Origin: Azolla caroliniana
Taxonomy: Eukaryota; Plantae; Polypodiophyta
Reading direction: 5' to 3'
Assembly: GCA_043228905.1 (NCBI GenBank)
Contig: JBHGNT010000022.1
Coordinates: 9,796,001 to 9,860,000 of the forward strand
DNA length: 64,000 nt
The notes below the pieces were generated by a model, which saw only the letters and a list, made by a program, of their open reading frames with translations, did not search any database and had not been told where the DNA came from. The position numbers were made by a program, and so were the translations under genes. Positions 34,301-46,898 of the stretch are shown one piece after another (positions within the stretch are counted from its first letter, which is position 1; every line of letters starts with the position of its first letter).

Positions 34301-36159
34301 GCAGTTCAAGCCGACATGGCAACGTGAGCCCAAGTGTGAAGGATGGTGGCGGCAAGAAACGGGAACCGGCTACGGTGGAAGCGTGGATGGGTGATCCTAC
34401 GATGATCCTCACACCGATCCGGAGACACCGGCAGTTCAAGCCGACGTGGCAACGTGAGACCGAGTGAGAAGGATGGTGGCAGCAGGTGAACAGGATCAAG
34501 CAAAAGGGATGACAAACGGCCTCTAACCGAAACCCGACCGGAAGACAACGGGGAGAGACGAGAGAAGAGAAAGGAAGACCGGTCCTATGGGATCCTCACA
34601 CTAATCCGGAGACACCGGCAGTTCAAGCTGACATGGCAACGTGAGACCGGGTGAGAAGTATGGTGGCTGCAGGAAATAGGTCCCGGCAACACGAAAGAGC
34701 AGATCGGGAGCCAGTAAGATAGGAACCGGCAAGACCGGAGTTGACAAGGGTGAAACCCTTATCGGTCGGATTACTGGTTCGGAAGGGAGCCAGTAAAGGG
34801 TGAGCAAGGAGCGGTGTGCCAAGCCGGATGGGCACACCCGGGAGCGGATCAAGAGTCGTGCATGTGGTCATTAAGGGCCGGTTTGAAGCACGAGTATGGG
34901 ACGGTGTTCGGCACAGGCGGTGCCGAACAAGGACGGTGAAAGACAGCACACTGCAATGCCGGGAACGAGGTAACGGGCACGCAACAAACTGCATGGGTCA
35001 GAGACCGGAAATGATATCACGGGCCAGAGAAGGATCCTCCACACCCGCTTTGGAGATCTCGACGGATCAGTCGGAGTGGCAACGACTGGCGTGGCAAGCC
35101 AAGACCGAGATGACAAGCTGGTGGGGGCGAGGGGACGACGGCAAGTAGAAGGCTTCGGACAGGTCGCAGCGGCGCGAGACGAAAGGGAGCCAAGCGGGCT
35201 ACTACGGGGTGATCCTCGGACACAGGGGACACCCGTATGCGGAGAGGAAGGCGATGCACAATCTGGCTGGGCAAGGGCCGACAACGCGTGCGAAAGGGTT
35301 AGCCAGAGATGGAACACACGTGGTATGTGAGGAGCGGCATCTGGCGAGTAATCGAAGTAACCGGGGGTCTAACTGGAGGACATGCACAGCGAGTGACGAA
35401 ACAGAGACCGGGTCGGCAACGGTGTTTGCGAGGACCGATCGAAGAAGAAGGTGCGTGCGGCGGACATGGTGGATCGGATGGAGCCGACGAGTCAAGTCCA
35501 GTAAGGAGTCGACAAGACGAATCGGCGCCGGCAAGGAACCAGAAAGACAGTCGGGTGCCGGGAAGGTGAAGAACCCGATTGATCACCGTCGCCAAAATCT
35601 CTCACCCTTTTCCTTTCTTGGCACATACCAGTGGATGTGCGATTTGGTGGGGGTGGATGTCGTGAAGATTTCCGGCTATAGTGTGAAACCGGGCTGGAAT
35701 AGGGCAAGTCGGCGGTGTGCAACATGTGCACATGTATAGTAGGAAAACAATGTATAGAATAACGGGGAGTATTGATCCCCCATTGTAACGTTCCTCCCTC
35801 CTTGGGCTATAAAAGGAAGGGACGGGGTCTCTTGTATGGGGTTGCCCATTTTGAGTCGTAAAGGGTATACCATTTTGTAGAGGGTCATTTCGTTAAGAGT
35901 TTCTAGGGTTAGTAACTTCTTCTCCTTCTCCTTCTTGAGAACTTGAGCGTCGCAGCCATGGCGGCAAAGCTCTGTTAGGGTTAACTTCTTTTCTTCTGAG
36001 AGTAGCCTGGCTCGAAGCCGGGGTTGTATCTTCCCCCTTTGTAATATATACACCTATATCTGTTTGTGCATATTTGTGTATCTGGTGGTGTCGGGAGCAT
36101 AGCCCCCTTTCGTTTCCTGTGCATAAGAGTCGGTGTCGCACGCATGCTCTCTCTCTCTC

Positions 36160-36198
<39 letters not shown>

Positions 36199-36312
36199 GT
36201 TCGGTTGCCTCCGGGTCGTGTTCGGAGTCGGTTTTCTTGGCATTCCTTTCTCCCTCATCCGAGACCCCCGTGGTCCCGCCCCTTCTACATGCACGCGCGT
36301 AATAACGCGACA
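31342..36312 (+). mobile_element. Non-autonomous Gypsy-type LTR element (decayed gag, no pol)
   Basis: LTRs 31342-31982 and 35658-36312 (TGTCGTGA...CGACA); PBS 31987-32004; PPT-like GGTGGGGGTGGA 35646-35657; gag-like MELEEDDFVQLF...FYLEAYNAEM from 32020; no RT or integrase motifs seen. Confidence 0.88.
31987..32004 (+). promoter_or_regulatory. tRNA-Trp primer-binding site
   Basis: TGGTGAACCCAACGTGAA; 17/18 complement of the plant tRNA-Trp 3' end as I recall it (TTCACGTCGGGTTCACCA). Confidence 0.8.
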
Positions 36313-38461
36313 ACATGTTGAGAGTTATGGTGACTTAACTCTTCATGACTTGTCTATGCATTGTAAGAATTTATATGGGTTATCTCTTGCCGGAAAGATG
36401 ATGTGTTATGGTTCTCTTTCATATATGTCTCCCTTCTTTACAATTGAAGATATATGCATAGGACTTAAGAAATTGGCCTCTCGAAAGGCAAGCGATCTTC
36501 AATGTATAAAAGTTGAAATGCTCAAATGGACGGGAAAGGAAGCACATATATGGATATGCGATATGTTTAATGATGCATTGCAACATGGTATGCCATATGA
36601 TTGGACTAAAAATTGGATCAAACCTTTACATAAAGGCGGAGATGTAAATAATGTAAACAACTATCGAACCATCATGGTTGGCTCATTAATGGCAAAACTA
36701 TTTGTATGTATAATGAAATCAAAGATAAGTGTATGGGCACATAAAAATGGTAAGAGAGCTTATGGACAAGCTAGTTTTCGAAAACACCATAGCACCATTG
36801 ATCATCTTGTCACTCTTCGAGTATTAATGGAGGAAAGTCGCCTTAGAGGTAAAGCTTTATATTATTTCTTTGTAGACTTCAAGAAAGCATTTGATATGGT
36901 ACCTCGTGAGCATCTTTGGATGCAGATGGAAGAACTTGAGGTGCCAAGTGAATATATGCTTGCAATTTCCCGAATATATGAGAAGGTTATATGTTGTGTG
37001 CGTATGAGAGATAGACTTTTAGAGTTTTTCAATAGCACTATTGGTGTTAAGCAAGGATGCCCACTCTCACCAACATTATTTGGTCTATGCATTGATGAAT
37101 TAGAAGATATGGTTGCCAAGTTTGTAAAGGAAGAATGTGTTGAAGAAGTTTCCATTGGGAATGTTGTGATTATGCTTTTGTTATATGCAAATGATGTAGT
37201 GCTTTTTGCAAATACTTCAGGAGATGCACAAAAGCTTATGAAAGCATTGGAAAAATTTTGCATGCATACTAGATTAAGTGTCAATAGCTCTAAAACAAAG
37301 ATTATGCTTGTGAAGAGTCAAAAAAGAGATAAACCATGCATTATGTACAACAATGAGCCACTTGAATGTGTGGAAAGCTTCAAATATCTTGGCCTTAAAG
37401 TTCCTTCAAATCATAAATGGAATGAATGTGTTACACACCGCTTAGAGGTGGGTAAGCGAGCATATTATGCATTTGAGAACACATGCAATCTTGGAGATAT
37501 TAAGTGTTGGGTCCTCAAGAAATATCTTTTTAACACTTTGGTGACCCCGGCTCTTCTTTATGGGGTGGAAGTATGGGGCGGTAGCATCCCTAAATCTACG
37601 TGGAAAGAGTTTGAAAATGTCAAAAAACATTTTCTTACAAAGTTTCTACAAGTTAAGAAACAAACGCCTTACACCCTCCTCCTCCTTGAGACAGGATCGC
37701 TTCCCATTGAGATCATGGCCATGGAAATGGTTGTTGAATACATGCTTAAGGTTCAAAAAAGTCCCTCACATTGACTTCCTAGAATTGCATGGGAAGCAAG
37801 CAAAAAGATCCAAAAGACGCATAAAAGCAAAATTTTGTGTTCTGGTTGGATGCAAGATTTAGAAAAATGGTTTGGTAGATGGGATGCGAGACACTTGTTT
37901 CATGATGCATCACTAGATTCCTCTGTAAATGAGGCCTTTTTGCAACGCCAATGTATCATGACATGGGACAAATGTGGTGGCTCACGCTTCACACATTATA
38001 CTACAAATGTTGCACCTAACGACAAAACCATATTCTTCGCGGAACGGGGAAGCCGTACACATCGATACATGTTAGAGCCCATCCCGATATCTACCATTTG
38101 AACCATTGCTTCCATGCGACTTAGCTCGCACGCATTGAGATGTGAGACAAGGCGTTGGGGCACAAGTGATGAGAGTGGCCGACTATGCACACTTTGCCCT
38201 AAACAAGTTCGAGAGTCTGAGTATCACACTTTGATACAATGCTCTGCCTTTGATCATATTCGACCATGCTTTCCACATCTCTTCGGTCGAGCCCAATCCT
38301 TGCACAAATTTCTCTCACAACCACGGTGTGCACTCTCGATTGCAACATTAATTAGTAAAGTTCTTGAACATCGAGAGTCGCTACTCACCTTCACACGTAT
38401 CACGTGAAATGTAATATTTTTGGTCTCATATGTCATATTTGACCTTCGAAGATGATAATAT

Positions 38462-38464
<3 letters not shown>

Positions 38465-38544
<80 letters not shown>

Positions 38545-38560
38545 CTATCTCTATCTCTCT
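38465..38560. repeat. (CT)n/(ATCT)n microsatellite at the LINE 3' end
   Basis: Direct observation. Confidence 0.95.
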
Positions 38561-39622
38561 CCTACGCTCTAGTTACATACATTAATGCACTAGTTACAAC
38601 AACTGCATCCCAAATAATGATTTGCCCTACATGTATTTATACTAATACATACTATGGGCTATTTACAAATATGGCCCATCTTAGGGTCACCAAAACATAT
38701 TTACAAATATGTTCACTTTTGGATACCTCTTCGGTGTCATGAAAAATCCATCACTATGTGTGGATCGTGAGGCGGAACCGCCGGGGTTATGGACTAGAAG
38801 GAATTAGAGTTCACACACACAACACAATCAAGATTTGCACATAAGACAAGTAGATGAAAGAAAACATCAGTTTATATCAAAATAATAGATTCTTTTATAA
38901 TATAAGAATCATGTTACAACGGGTTGGATGTGAATATAAAGGATTGTTTATAAAGGAATGGGGGAAGAGAGGTGGAGAAAATAAGAGAGTGGAATATAGA
39001 AGGAGTTTCTTTGTTGATGATGCCTCTTGATGTTGTTGATCCTTCTTCTTCCGCTTTCCAATTGTGTAGAGCTTCCGCGTTCCTTCTCCCTCCCCCTTCT
39101 TCTTAAAATGGGCCCTTATTATAGGTTTAGGATTTCCTACTTCCTTTCTGTTTTTATTCCTAAAAGTTTGTCTATATGAATCGAGTTTCGTTTTATCACT
39201 ATTTATGTTCCGTAACGTCAAATCTGAGCTTTCTTATGCATATTTCCTTTTCTAATTTGGACATTGGATGAGGAAATTACAAGCTTTTTACTCGACCTTG
39301 CTCTTCATATCCACGCCTAGCTTTTCTTTTCCCATCTTTTTCTCTACTTTCGAAAACCGCTTCTAACTTTTTATCGTTTCATTTATTACTATAGTTGATT
39401 TAACAACATTAGTTTATTTGGACTACTATTTTATTCTCTTTCGAGGGTGGTTTTGCACTATGTGTCGAAAACATCACAACACCGAATCCAACCGAATGCT
39501 TCCAGCCAATCTAGGTCTAGGTCCAGTCTCTACCTCATTCTGACCCATCCGATCTGGTTCGTGGACTTCAGACTGCAATCCAACTTGTGCTCATCTCATC
39601 CAGAGGGACCTATTTCCTAACA
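38561..39622 (-). mobile_element. Copia LTR remnant related to the 5313 element, interrupted at 38735-39481
   Basis: Reverse complement starts TGTTAGGAAATAGGTCCC and contains ATATTTGTAAATAGCCCA...TATTAGTATAAATA...TAGGGCAAAT, as in 5537-5590. Confidence 0.7.
38735..39481 (-). mobile_element. Solo LTR-like element (747 bp) with the same termini as 3156-4380
   Basis: TGTCATGAAAAATCCATCACTATGTGTGGATCGTGAGGCGGAACCGCCGGGG...CATCACAACA; flanks TCGG / CCGA. Confidence 0.75.
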
Positions 39623-40919
39623 AATCGTTCACAAAGACAATTTGAAAACAAAGTTACCCCTTCAGTTGCAATTTGCTTCTCTAAGTGAGTTTGTACATCC
39701 ACCAAATACTTGAGTTCTCATTAGAGGTTCTAAATAACAACTCTCTAGGGAAACGATGCATGAAAATCTTTGGAAATGCTTTCAGTAGTTATGTGCACTT
39801 GGTTCCTCTTAAGGAGCCAAGGGTAGATAAGGCTAATTGCATAAATATGGTTTCATGGAATGTAAGAAGGACATGATCTTGAATCGCACCATAAGAAATA
39901 GAAGCAAACATTGTGAAGTAGAAAATGAGATACTAGATGTGTTAGTGAACATAATTGCCATGATTTACCAAGATCCATAATCCATCTGCAAAAATATATT
40001 TACTAAAATCCACAATATACAATCTAACATTTACCAATATAAGTAGCATTTGTTTCAATTAATATACTCAACTTAATCTAGTTCCATTGCATGTAGGAAT
40101 ATATCACATATTTTTATTAAGGCAAGAAGTTGTAACTTGGTTTATGCTTAATTATAAAGACATTTTTGACATATTCCTTTTTGTCACAATGTGCACCTTC
40201 AATTGCAATTAACATTGATACAATTTTGAGCATCAAGATCACTCAACTCCACACATTGCATGAAAATGCTTTCTTTTGATCAATACCACAAGTCATTTTT
40301 CACCTCCACAAACGATAATAAAATTACTCTCCAGTTTTTTCATTACACACTTGCATGAATGCATCTACACCTTGAAGATACATATTTTACAAACTTGCAC
40401 CCTTTACTTATTATTGAATCCATTGGGCATCTAAAATGCAATGAGCAGATTTCCTTTATTGCATATCTCAGACATAGTTCATGGAGTTTGGTATCAATTA
40501 AAGTAAGCTTTCCCAAATGTATCAAAAATGTTCATGGGTTCATTTTGAAAGATTCATATGTATCTATGTTTTTATCTTTCCTACGTAATTATTGTAGAAG
40601 ATTTTCTGTTCAAGGAATTGGTGTTTTCTTCTCTCTTTCTTGTATATATAGTGTTCTACTAAAGGAAATAGTGTATTTGCATGCATGCTAACTATGAGCA
40701 TCACACATGGGAACAATATCATCAACATTTGGAACGAATGACTTGACAATTGACAATAATCAGTTGGAGTTGAATGAGTAATCATGTTTAGATATTCATT
40801 GCGCAAGGTTTGAAGCTTAAAATAGTGATAAAAAACGACGAAGACACACAAGCACCATGGATTGCTTTAAATACTTCTTGTCACAGTTTGAACCCCAATA
40901 TCATATTGTAACACAATAT

Positions 40920-40995
40920 TGCTAGCCTACACCTCAATGTCATATAATGTCAAGTGTTGCTAGCCTACACCTCAATGTCATATAATGTCAAGTGT
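40920..40995. repeat. 38-bp tandem duplication
   Basis: TGCTAGCCTACACCTCAATGTCATATAATGTCAAGTGT occurs twice. Confidence 0.9.
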
Positions 40996-41599
40996 GTTTC
41001 ATAACATTTGATTCTAGAAAGAATAAAAATGCACATCATTTAAGCTCTGCAAGGATTACAATTTATAATCAATATTTCATTAATCGATACCCCAAGAGAA
41101 AAAAGAACATTTCATGAAACCACTACGACGATAGGTTCTATAAATGATCATTTTCTATAGATGATTGGGTTTCATTCAATAGGTTCTTTATGAGAATTTC
41201 TCCAGACACACCCATCGACACTCATTATTAACATCAAATAATGCAATGTCTGAAACTGTGATGATGTTGATTCATTCATGCTCAGCACAGATTTCTTGAT
41301 GAATTCTTGATCTTTTGATGCCTTTTTTACCAAAAAATGCAATAGATAATGACATCAATAGTACTTTTTATTTTCACATATTCTGATCTTTTATTTTTCT
41401 ATGCCTCGTTATTTCGCCGTGAGATCAAATCCAAAGAAGAATCTCCTCTACACATTCCCCCCAAAGAACAAATATGTTTAGTCAAGCAAAAATAAACTTT
41501 TTTGACCTCCATTGAACTATTTAAAAAGCTGCAAAAGCTACCTGGAAAGAAACCTTCACAACAAAGAAGGCCCCAAAATATGTGCATTGTCATGGTCTT

Positions 41600-44500
41600 C
41601 TAGGAGCTTTGGAAAATGTACTCTGCATCATAATAACTCCATATTACTTGAGTAATAAACATTACAAATCTTGTTATAATGTGACTTTGTTGTCATGTGA
41701 CAATTCTTGACATTTGCCAGGAATTACCATTTAAGAAAGAGTGATAAATTCGCTTTTCTCGCAGTCCAACTTCTGACAGGAACAAACCACCCTACAAACA
41801 AACAAACAAACAATGCCAGCAATATAGACATATACATGTGTATGAAATATATAGGCATGAAAAACAATACCTCTACTGCCATCAGTTTTCGGACATTCCT
41901 CGCATAGAGCCTTGGATCAGCTCTTTCGATTTCAGAGGGAAAATAAACAGGGAGCCACAATACTTCTAAATGATTTATAAACTGGCAAAGAAGCAGAAAG
42001 AAATGTCTCACCTGAAAAAATGACACAAGTTCATCAGATGTAGTAAAAAACAAAAAACAAAAAAGATTATTTGTAACAATTCTTACAACATGGCAGTTGG
42101 TACTAGAAAAAAAACATGACTCGGGAAAATAAACCAAACAAATCAAAAGATATCATCACATTTTTTCGGGTTCCACGTCTGATTTTGTCAACAAAAGCAC
42201 ATGTGAATTACTTGCCCCGGAAATAGTCTCCCAGGCAGGACTAAAATGTATGTATGGATATCTTAAGATAACTGGTTGAATTGGAGTGCCAGCAAGAAAT
42301 GCTCCTGTCTTGAATGGAAGAAGATAGAAGCCATTTGTCGTTGTTCCCTCTGGATATATGTAGAGAACCAATCAAATCTCAAGAAGACATGATTTAATTA
42401 GACCTCAAGATCAAAGAGCACATGATTCAACCGAATCTCTGGAAACTATGAATCATTCATTATTCAACCCAATCTCAGGCAATTCTCAGGAAACCATGTA
42501 TCATTTGTCAATTCAATCAAATCTCAGTTAACGATGCACCTTTTGCCAATCAATCAAATCTCAAGAATATATCATCCAATCAAATCTCAAGCACGCATAA
42601 AATATAGAAATTTGCAGGATAGGTAACTGAAACACAATTGTTTAAAAATGAAATATACCAGGAAATAGCATCATTAAAGGTACATTCTTATCTCTAGCAG
42701 CGGCTTGCATCCTCTTCCAGATAATTCCTGGAAAGAACGATGGCATGAGCTCTTAGAACATGACCTAAACGCAAGATAACAATAATTTGATGATTCTTTT
42801 TTCTGTGTGCATACTCATAATACAATTGTATGTAATACAAGGTTTTACATAGGCTGACACACTGGTTTACACATGACTGCAATCATTTTGAATACCAAAT
42901 TAAAATTCTTGATACATTACAATACTTCAACCAGACCACAAGACTCCTAATCTGAAATAAAACAATTCTTGTAACCTGAAACGCCCTTGAAATCTGAAGG
43001 CTTCTCTTCACGTTGAACGAAGACACAGCCTAAACATTTACTGCAAAACCAAAGCCACAAAATAAGTCAAGACAACATATATATTTCAAACCTATCACTA
43101 TAGGAATGTTAGAACATGATCTAACCTGATTAGACCAATAATAGGTAGATCGGCCACTGATCTCTATTTGTAAGTGTAAACAAGTATTATACACCATCAT
43201 GCAAAAGGAAATATCAAAAAGCAATATCATGTCACTCTTTTCACTAGATCAGAAACTCAACACTGCAGCATATACATCATACATACCTTGGGAGCAAAAC
43301 TTGGAAAGACAGCTGATATATGATAAAGAATGTCAATATACGACACATGGTTGGATATAACTGCAGCAGGACGTAGTTCTGACTGCCCCTGTATATTAAA
43401 TAAAATATTAGCCATTTTTTTATTTAATTTATGAACCCAATTAACACAGCAAGAATATAAATAGTTACTCTTAAGACTCTGTCTCTATAGATCTTTTCAG
43501 CATCATAGAGAGAAACAGATTAGGATTTTATGTAAAAAGTGTATAGAAGGTGCAATATGCAAGCCAGATGAAAGAAGGGGTTTATCTGAAGAAGTATTGT
43601 AGCTAAATCAAATCATCAAACAGATTTCTTCTCTATGTTGCTCATTAAATCTACTAACATCCCCAACCGGTCAAGCTACTTTGCTCATACATGAGAAGCT
43701 ATTCTCATTATCCAATATACTAATATAGAGAAAACCTCAAGAACAATGCCTCCCCCACACTAATCAATAAATGGTATGATAATAAGCTCAGCGAAAAATT
43801 GAACCAATCTTCAACTTGTTGGAATATGAGCTAAAATGTAATGAGAATTATACCACGTATTGACTTAAATGATGTCAAAAGATTCATGAACCATATGCCC
43901 ACAAAATCCTATTTACTGACGCAACCATATGGTATCAGAATGTTAAGTCTCTTTCACATATGCCAAGTTAGGCATCTTCACCATCCCCCACTGGAACTCT
44001 GACCCCATAACTTTTGACAGTTTTTTATGTATGAATGGGTGTAGAGTTCGATCAACATGAGGTAGCTATAACGAGTACTTCTTGCATGCATGACACTGCA
44101 CGCAGCCAAGACAATTTAGCACATATTTTTACAAAGGTTGTAGCAGAAGACTTCTAAACATGTGGCATTCTTAAGTCTGGAAATCTTACATGTGAGGTAC
44201 TTTATTGTTTTCAACAGTACTTGATTAAATGTCTTCTGATGCATACAATGATTCGTAGATAGTTTATGTGATTACAACTTCTATGCCTTTCACATCTCAT
44301 GCCCCATTCCAAGCAAACCTCAGGCTATTTCAACTTCCATACATATTTCACTAACTATATCTCTCCTTACCTTGTATACATAAGAGAAGGCTAAAGCTTG
44401 ATTTTATGATATGATTTGTCTCATAGGGGGAATTCAGCCTCGAGCACACATTAATATATCATTGTTTTCTTGTTTGATCTGTCTCGCAAGCCTATTTTGG

Positions 44501-45699
44501 CATCCAATAGACACTAATATTCTCTATTTATCTATCTCTCTCAACCAAATCAGACTTAATAATTGAAAGGAAACATGAGAAACAAAACAAGAGAAGACAA
44601 AACCAACTTAAATCTAACAATCAAAAAAAGCCAGCGATATCCAAATTGTATACACTACATAACCAACCCATCCATGGGAGCATCAATGTCTTACCTTAAA
44701 ATCATCTTCGATATTTATTACTCTGATCCAATAGAAGCCCAACACAAAAAGAAATACCCTTGAAAGAACTCGTCCAGTCAACACAATAACTGCCCGATGC
44801 CATCCACATAAATTTGCATAATTCTCTTGGCTCTCATAAGAAATCTTCACCTCCGGATGATGCTTTATTTCACCATTATTCTCTCCGATTTGATCTGGGG
44901 GTATAAAAAGAGTGCAAATCCTGCAAATGGTATAACCAAGAATAACAATAGCAAGAAGTAAAACTGCCCTGAGCGGAACTATAGTTCCAAAAGCAACAAA
45001 GAGGCGAATTCTTTCTGATATGGGGGTGTTTTCTTTTCCCATTCGGCCATAGATATCATGTCGGACAAAAGGGGCGAATTTAGATTCCATGTCGATGAGG
45101 ATTCTCTCAATCTCATCTAGTGTTAGGGTTTTTCTTCCATCTTCTTCACAATCATATGATGGATCCTCACAATCTATACTGGGCACTTTTCCTGAGGTTT
45201 TTTCTCCATCTTTTCTATGTTCATATGATGACCTCCTACCTTCATCTTCACCACCATATGATGAGCTCTCCTTTTGTCTGATTACTACTTCTCCTAAGGT
45301 TTTTCTTCCATCATCAATGTCATCATCATATGATGAAATTCTACCCTCTATATTTACAGCTTCTTCTAGGGTTTTTTGGTCATCTTTTGCACCGTCATGT
45401 GACAAACCATCTCTATTTACAACTTCTAGATTTTCTACATCATCTTTTATACTACCACCTGATGAACCCTCTCTATTTGCAATTGCCATTTCTTCAGGGA
45501 CTTCCTCTTCATCCTTTGAGCCATTATTTGATGAGCCCTCTCTGTCCACCGAAGCTGAAAGAGGATCACCATTACCACCACCTTCACCATTCTCATTCTC
45601 ATGGGTCACTGTGGGGACATTTCTTCCATAATCAAACTCCTCATCATTTTCCTCTGTTCTTGCAGATTCCTCCTGGTGAGAGGGTACAAAAGCAGGCAT
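41600..45699 (-). CDS. LPEAT1: Lysophospholipid acyltransferase LPEAT1-like, multi-exon
   Basis: Exons about 45699-44695, 43388-43287 (ISNHVSYID, HX4D motif), 43163-43126, 43040-42976 (CLGCVFVQRE), 42728-42659 (MMLFP), 42349-42216 (EGTTTNG..LLPFKTGAF), 42011-41871, 41791-41728, and a probable last exon ending at TAG 41600; the 3' end is uncertain. Confidence 0.9.
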
Positions 45700-46384
45700 G
45701 GCTCAATGGAAGGGGGGGGAGGTCCTAGTTGATTCAGAGTATTGGGCATTCAAAAAACACAAAAGGAAGAAGAGGGATGGATCTCTGCATACTTACTTGG
45801 CATGGTTAACTTGACCAAAAAGCTTGAAGAAGAAGGGGAAGCAGCAGCTCTGTTGGGTGGGTGGGTGGGTGTGTGTGTATGAATGAATGAATGAAGGAGA
45901 AGGAAGGAAGGCATGCACTGTTAGTTTGCATGGAGATCCCAAGTCCATGTCCACACCTTTCTTTTTCTCATTCTCTCACTGTCTCTGTCTCTGTCTCTGT
46001 CTCTGTCTTTCTGTTAGGGACAGACCATACCTGTCTCTGATTGATAGGGACAAAACATGACCATACCATCTTTATTGATAGGGACAAAACATGACCATAC
46101 CTTCTTGGGCGGGGCGGGGCGGGGCGTCGGGTAGTACCAATCCGAAACATTGTCTCCGAGTCCCTTGGGGTCGAGCTTTTCAATGAATTCTTTTTTCTTC
46201 CTTTCACTCGCATCATATGGAGTACGCGATGAAATCATGTAGATCTCATTCATTTCGTTGCATGTTCGCAGATGCTGATGTCTCGTTAGTATGGTTTTTC
46301 AACGGCTTATCTGCTCGAGCCGAAACCGGGCCCCTCACTACCGAGATACCTGCATCTGTGAACATGTAACCAAATGAAGGATAT

Positions 46385-46898
46385 AGGGTTTAGGGTTTTT
46401 TTATCGGCTCCCAAATAATTAAATGGTTTGGTTTGGTTTGGTTTGGATTCTTAATAAATGGTTTGGTTTCGATTCGGTCTAGTTGTAACACTTGGGCTTA
46501 TTGGTTTAAGTGGTTTGGTTTAAAGATTTATTGTTTTTGGTTAGCTTTTTCTTCCTCTTAATGGTTTAACTAATGTTTTTTTATTGGTGTAATTAATTTA
46601 ACTTAAATGTTTATTTAATTTAGTGGTTTAAGTAATGCCTTTTTTTATTAATTTAATTATTTAACTTAAATGTTTATTTAATTTAATGTATTTTTGCTTA
46701 TTTCGTTTTTTAATTAGTTTCACTTAAATGGTTAGGTTTAAAATTTTTATTAAATAGTTCAGTTTGGTTTCAACTTTTCCCTAAACGGTTTTCGTTTAAA
46801 TGGCTTCAGAGCTCATAAATGACTTGGTTTGGTTTTTGTTTTATATAAATGGTTCAGTTCAGTTTCAAGGCAAAGAAACCGAACCGGGCACATTGCTA
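46385..46898. mobile_element. Probable decayed hAT-type MITE upstream of LPEAT
   Basis: AT-rich core with many GGTTT/GGTTC subterminal-like repeats, ending AACCGAACCGGGCACATTGCTA; no matching TIR pair or TSD found. Confidence 0.4.

Larger units (their letters stand above)
31200..38463 (+). mobile_element. RTE/RTEX-like LINE, 5'-truncated (31200-31341 plus 36313-38463), split by the LTR element
   Basis: The frame AKFWGNLKG|..VESYGDL joins across the insertion; RT motifs NYRTIMV, FFVDFKKAFD, GVKQGCPLSPTLF, LLYANDVV (YADD mutated), FKYLG; C-terminal RLSSHALRCE and CTLC..ESEYH...C; stop at 37772; (CT)n tail. Confidence 0.9.

Noticed and set aside
36074-36312. N-terminal 80 aa of the 566-aa ORF as a novel RT fusion
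   Set aside because: This is chance read-through from the 3' LTR and its CT microsatellite; the LINE's real upstream part is at 31200-31341.
40877-40895. TCACA-GTTTGAACC resembling a third self-priming PBS
   Set aside because: No LTR or gag similarity recognised around it; a short match can be chance.
45089-45728. Antisense ORFs over LPEAT exon 1, and antisense ORFs over pol and the 32-35 kb region
   Set aside because: Shadow frames of coding or GC-rich sequence with no independent motifs.
45789-45812. U1 snRNA-like start ATACTTACTTGG
   Set aside because: No further U1 similarity or Sm site seen; it is the reverse complement of a splice donor.
46385-46399. Interstitial telomere
   Set aside because: Only two TAGGGTT units; at most a telo-box or MITE end.
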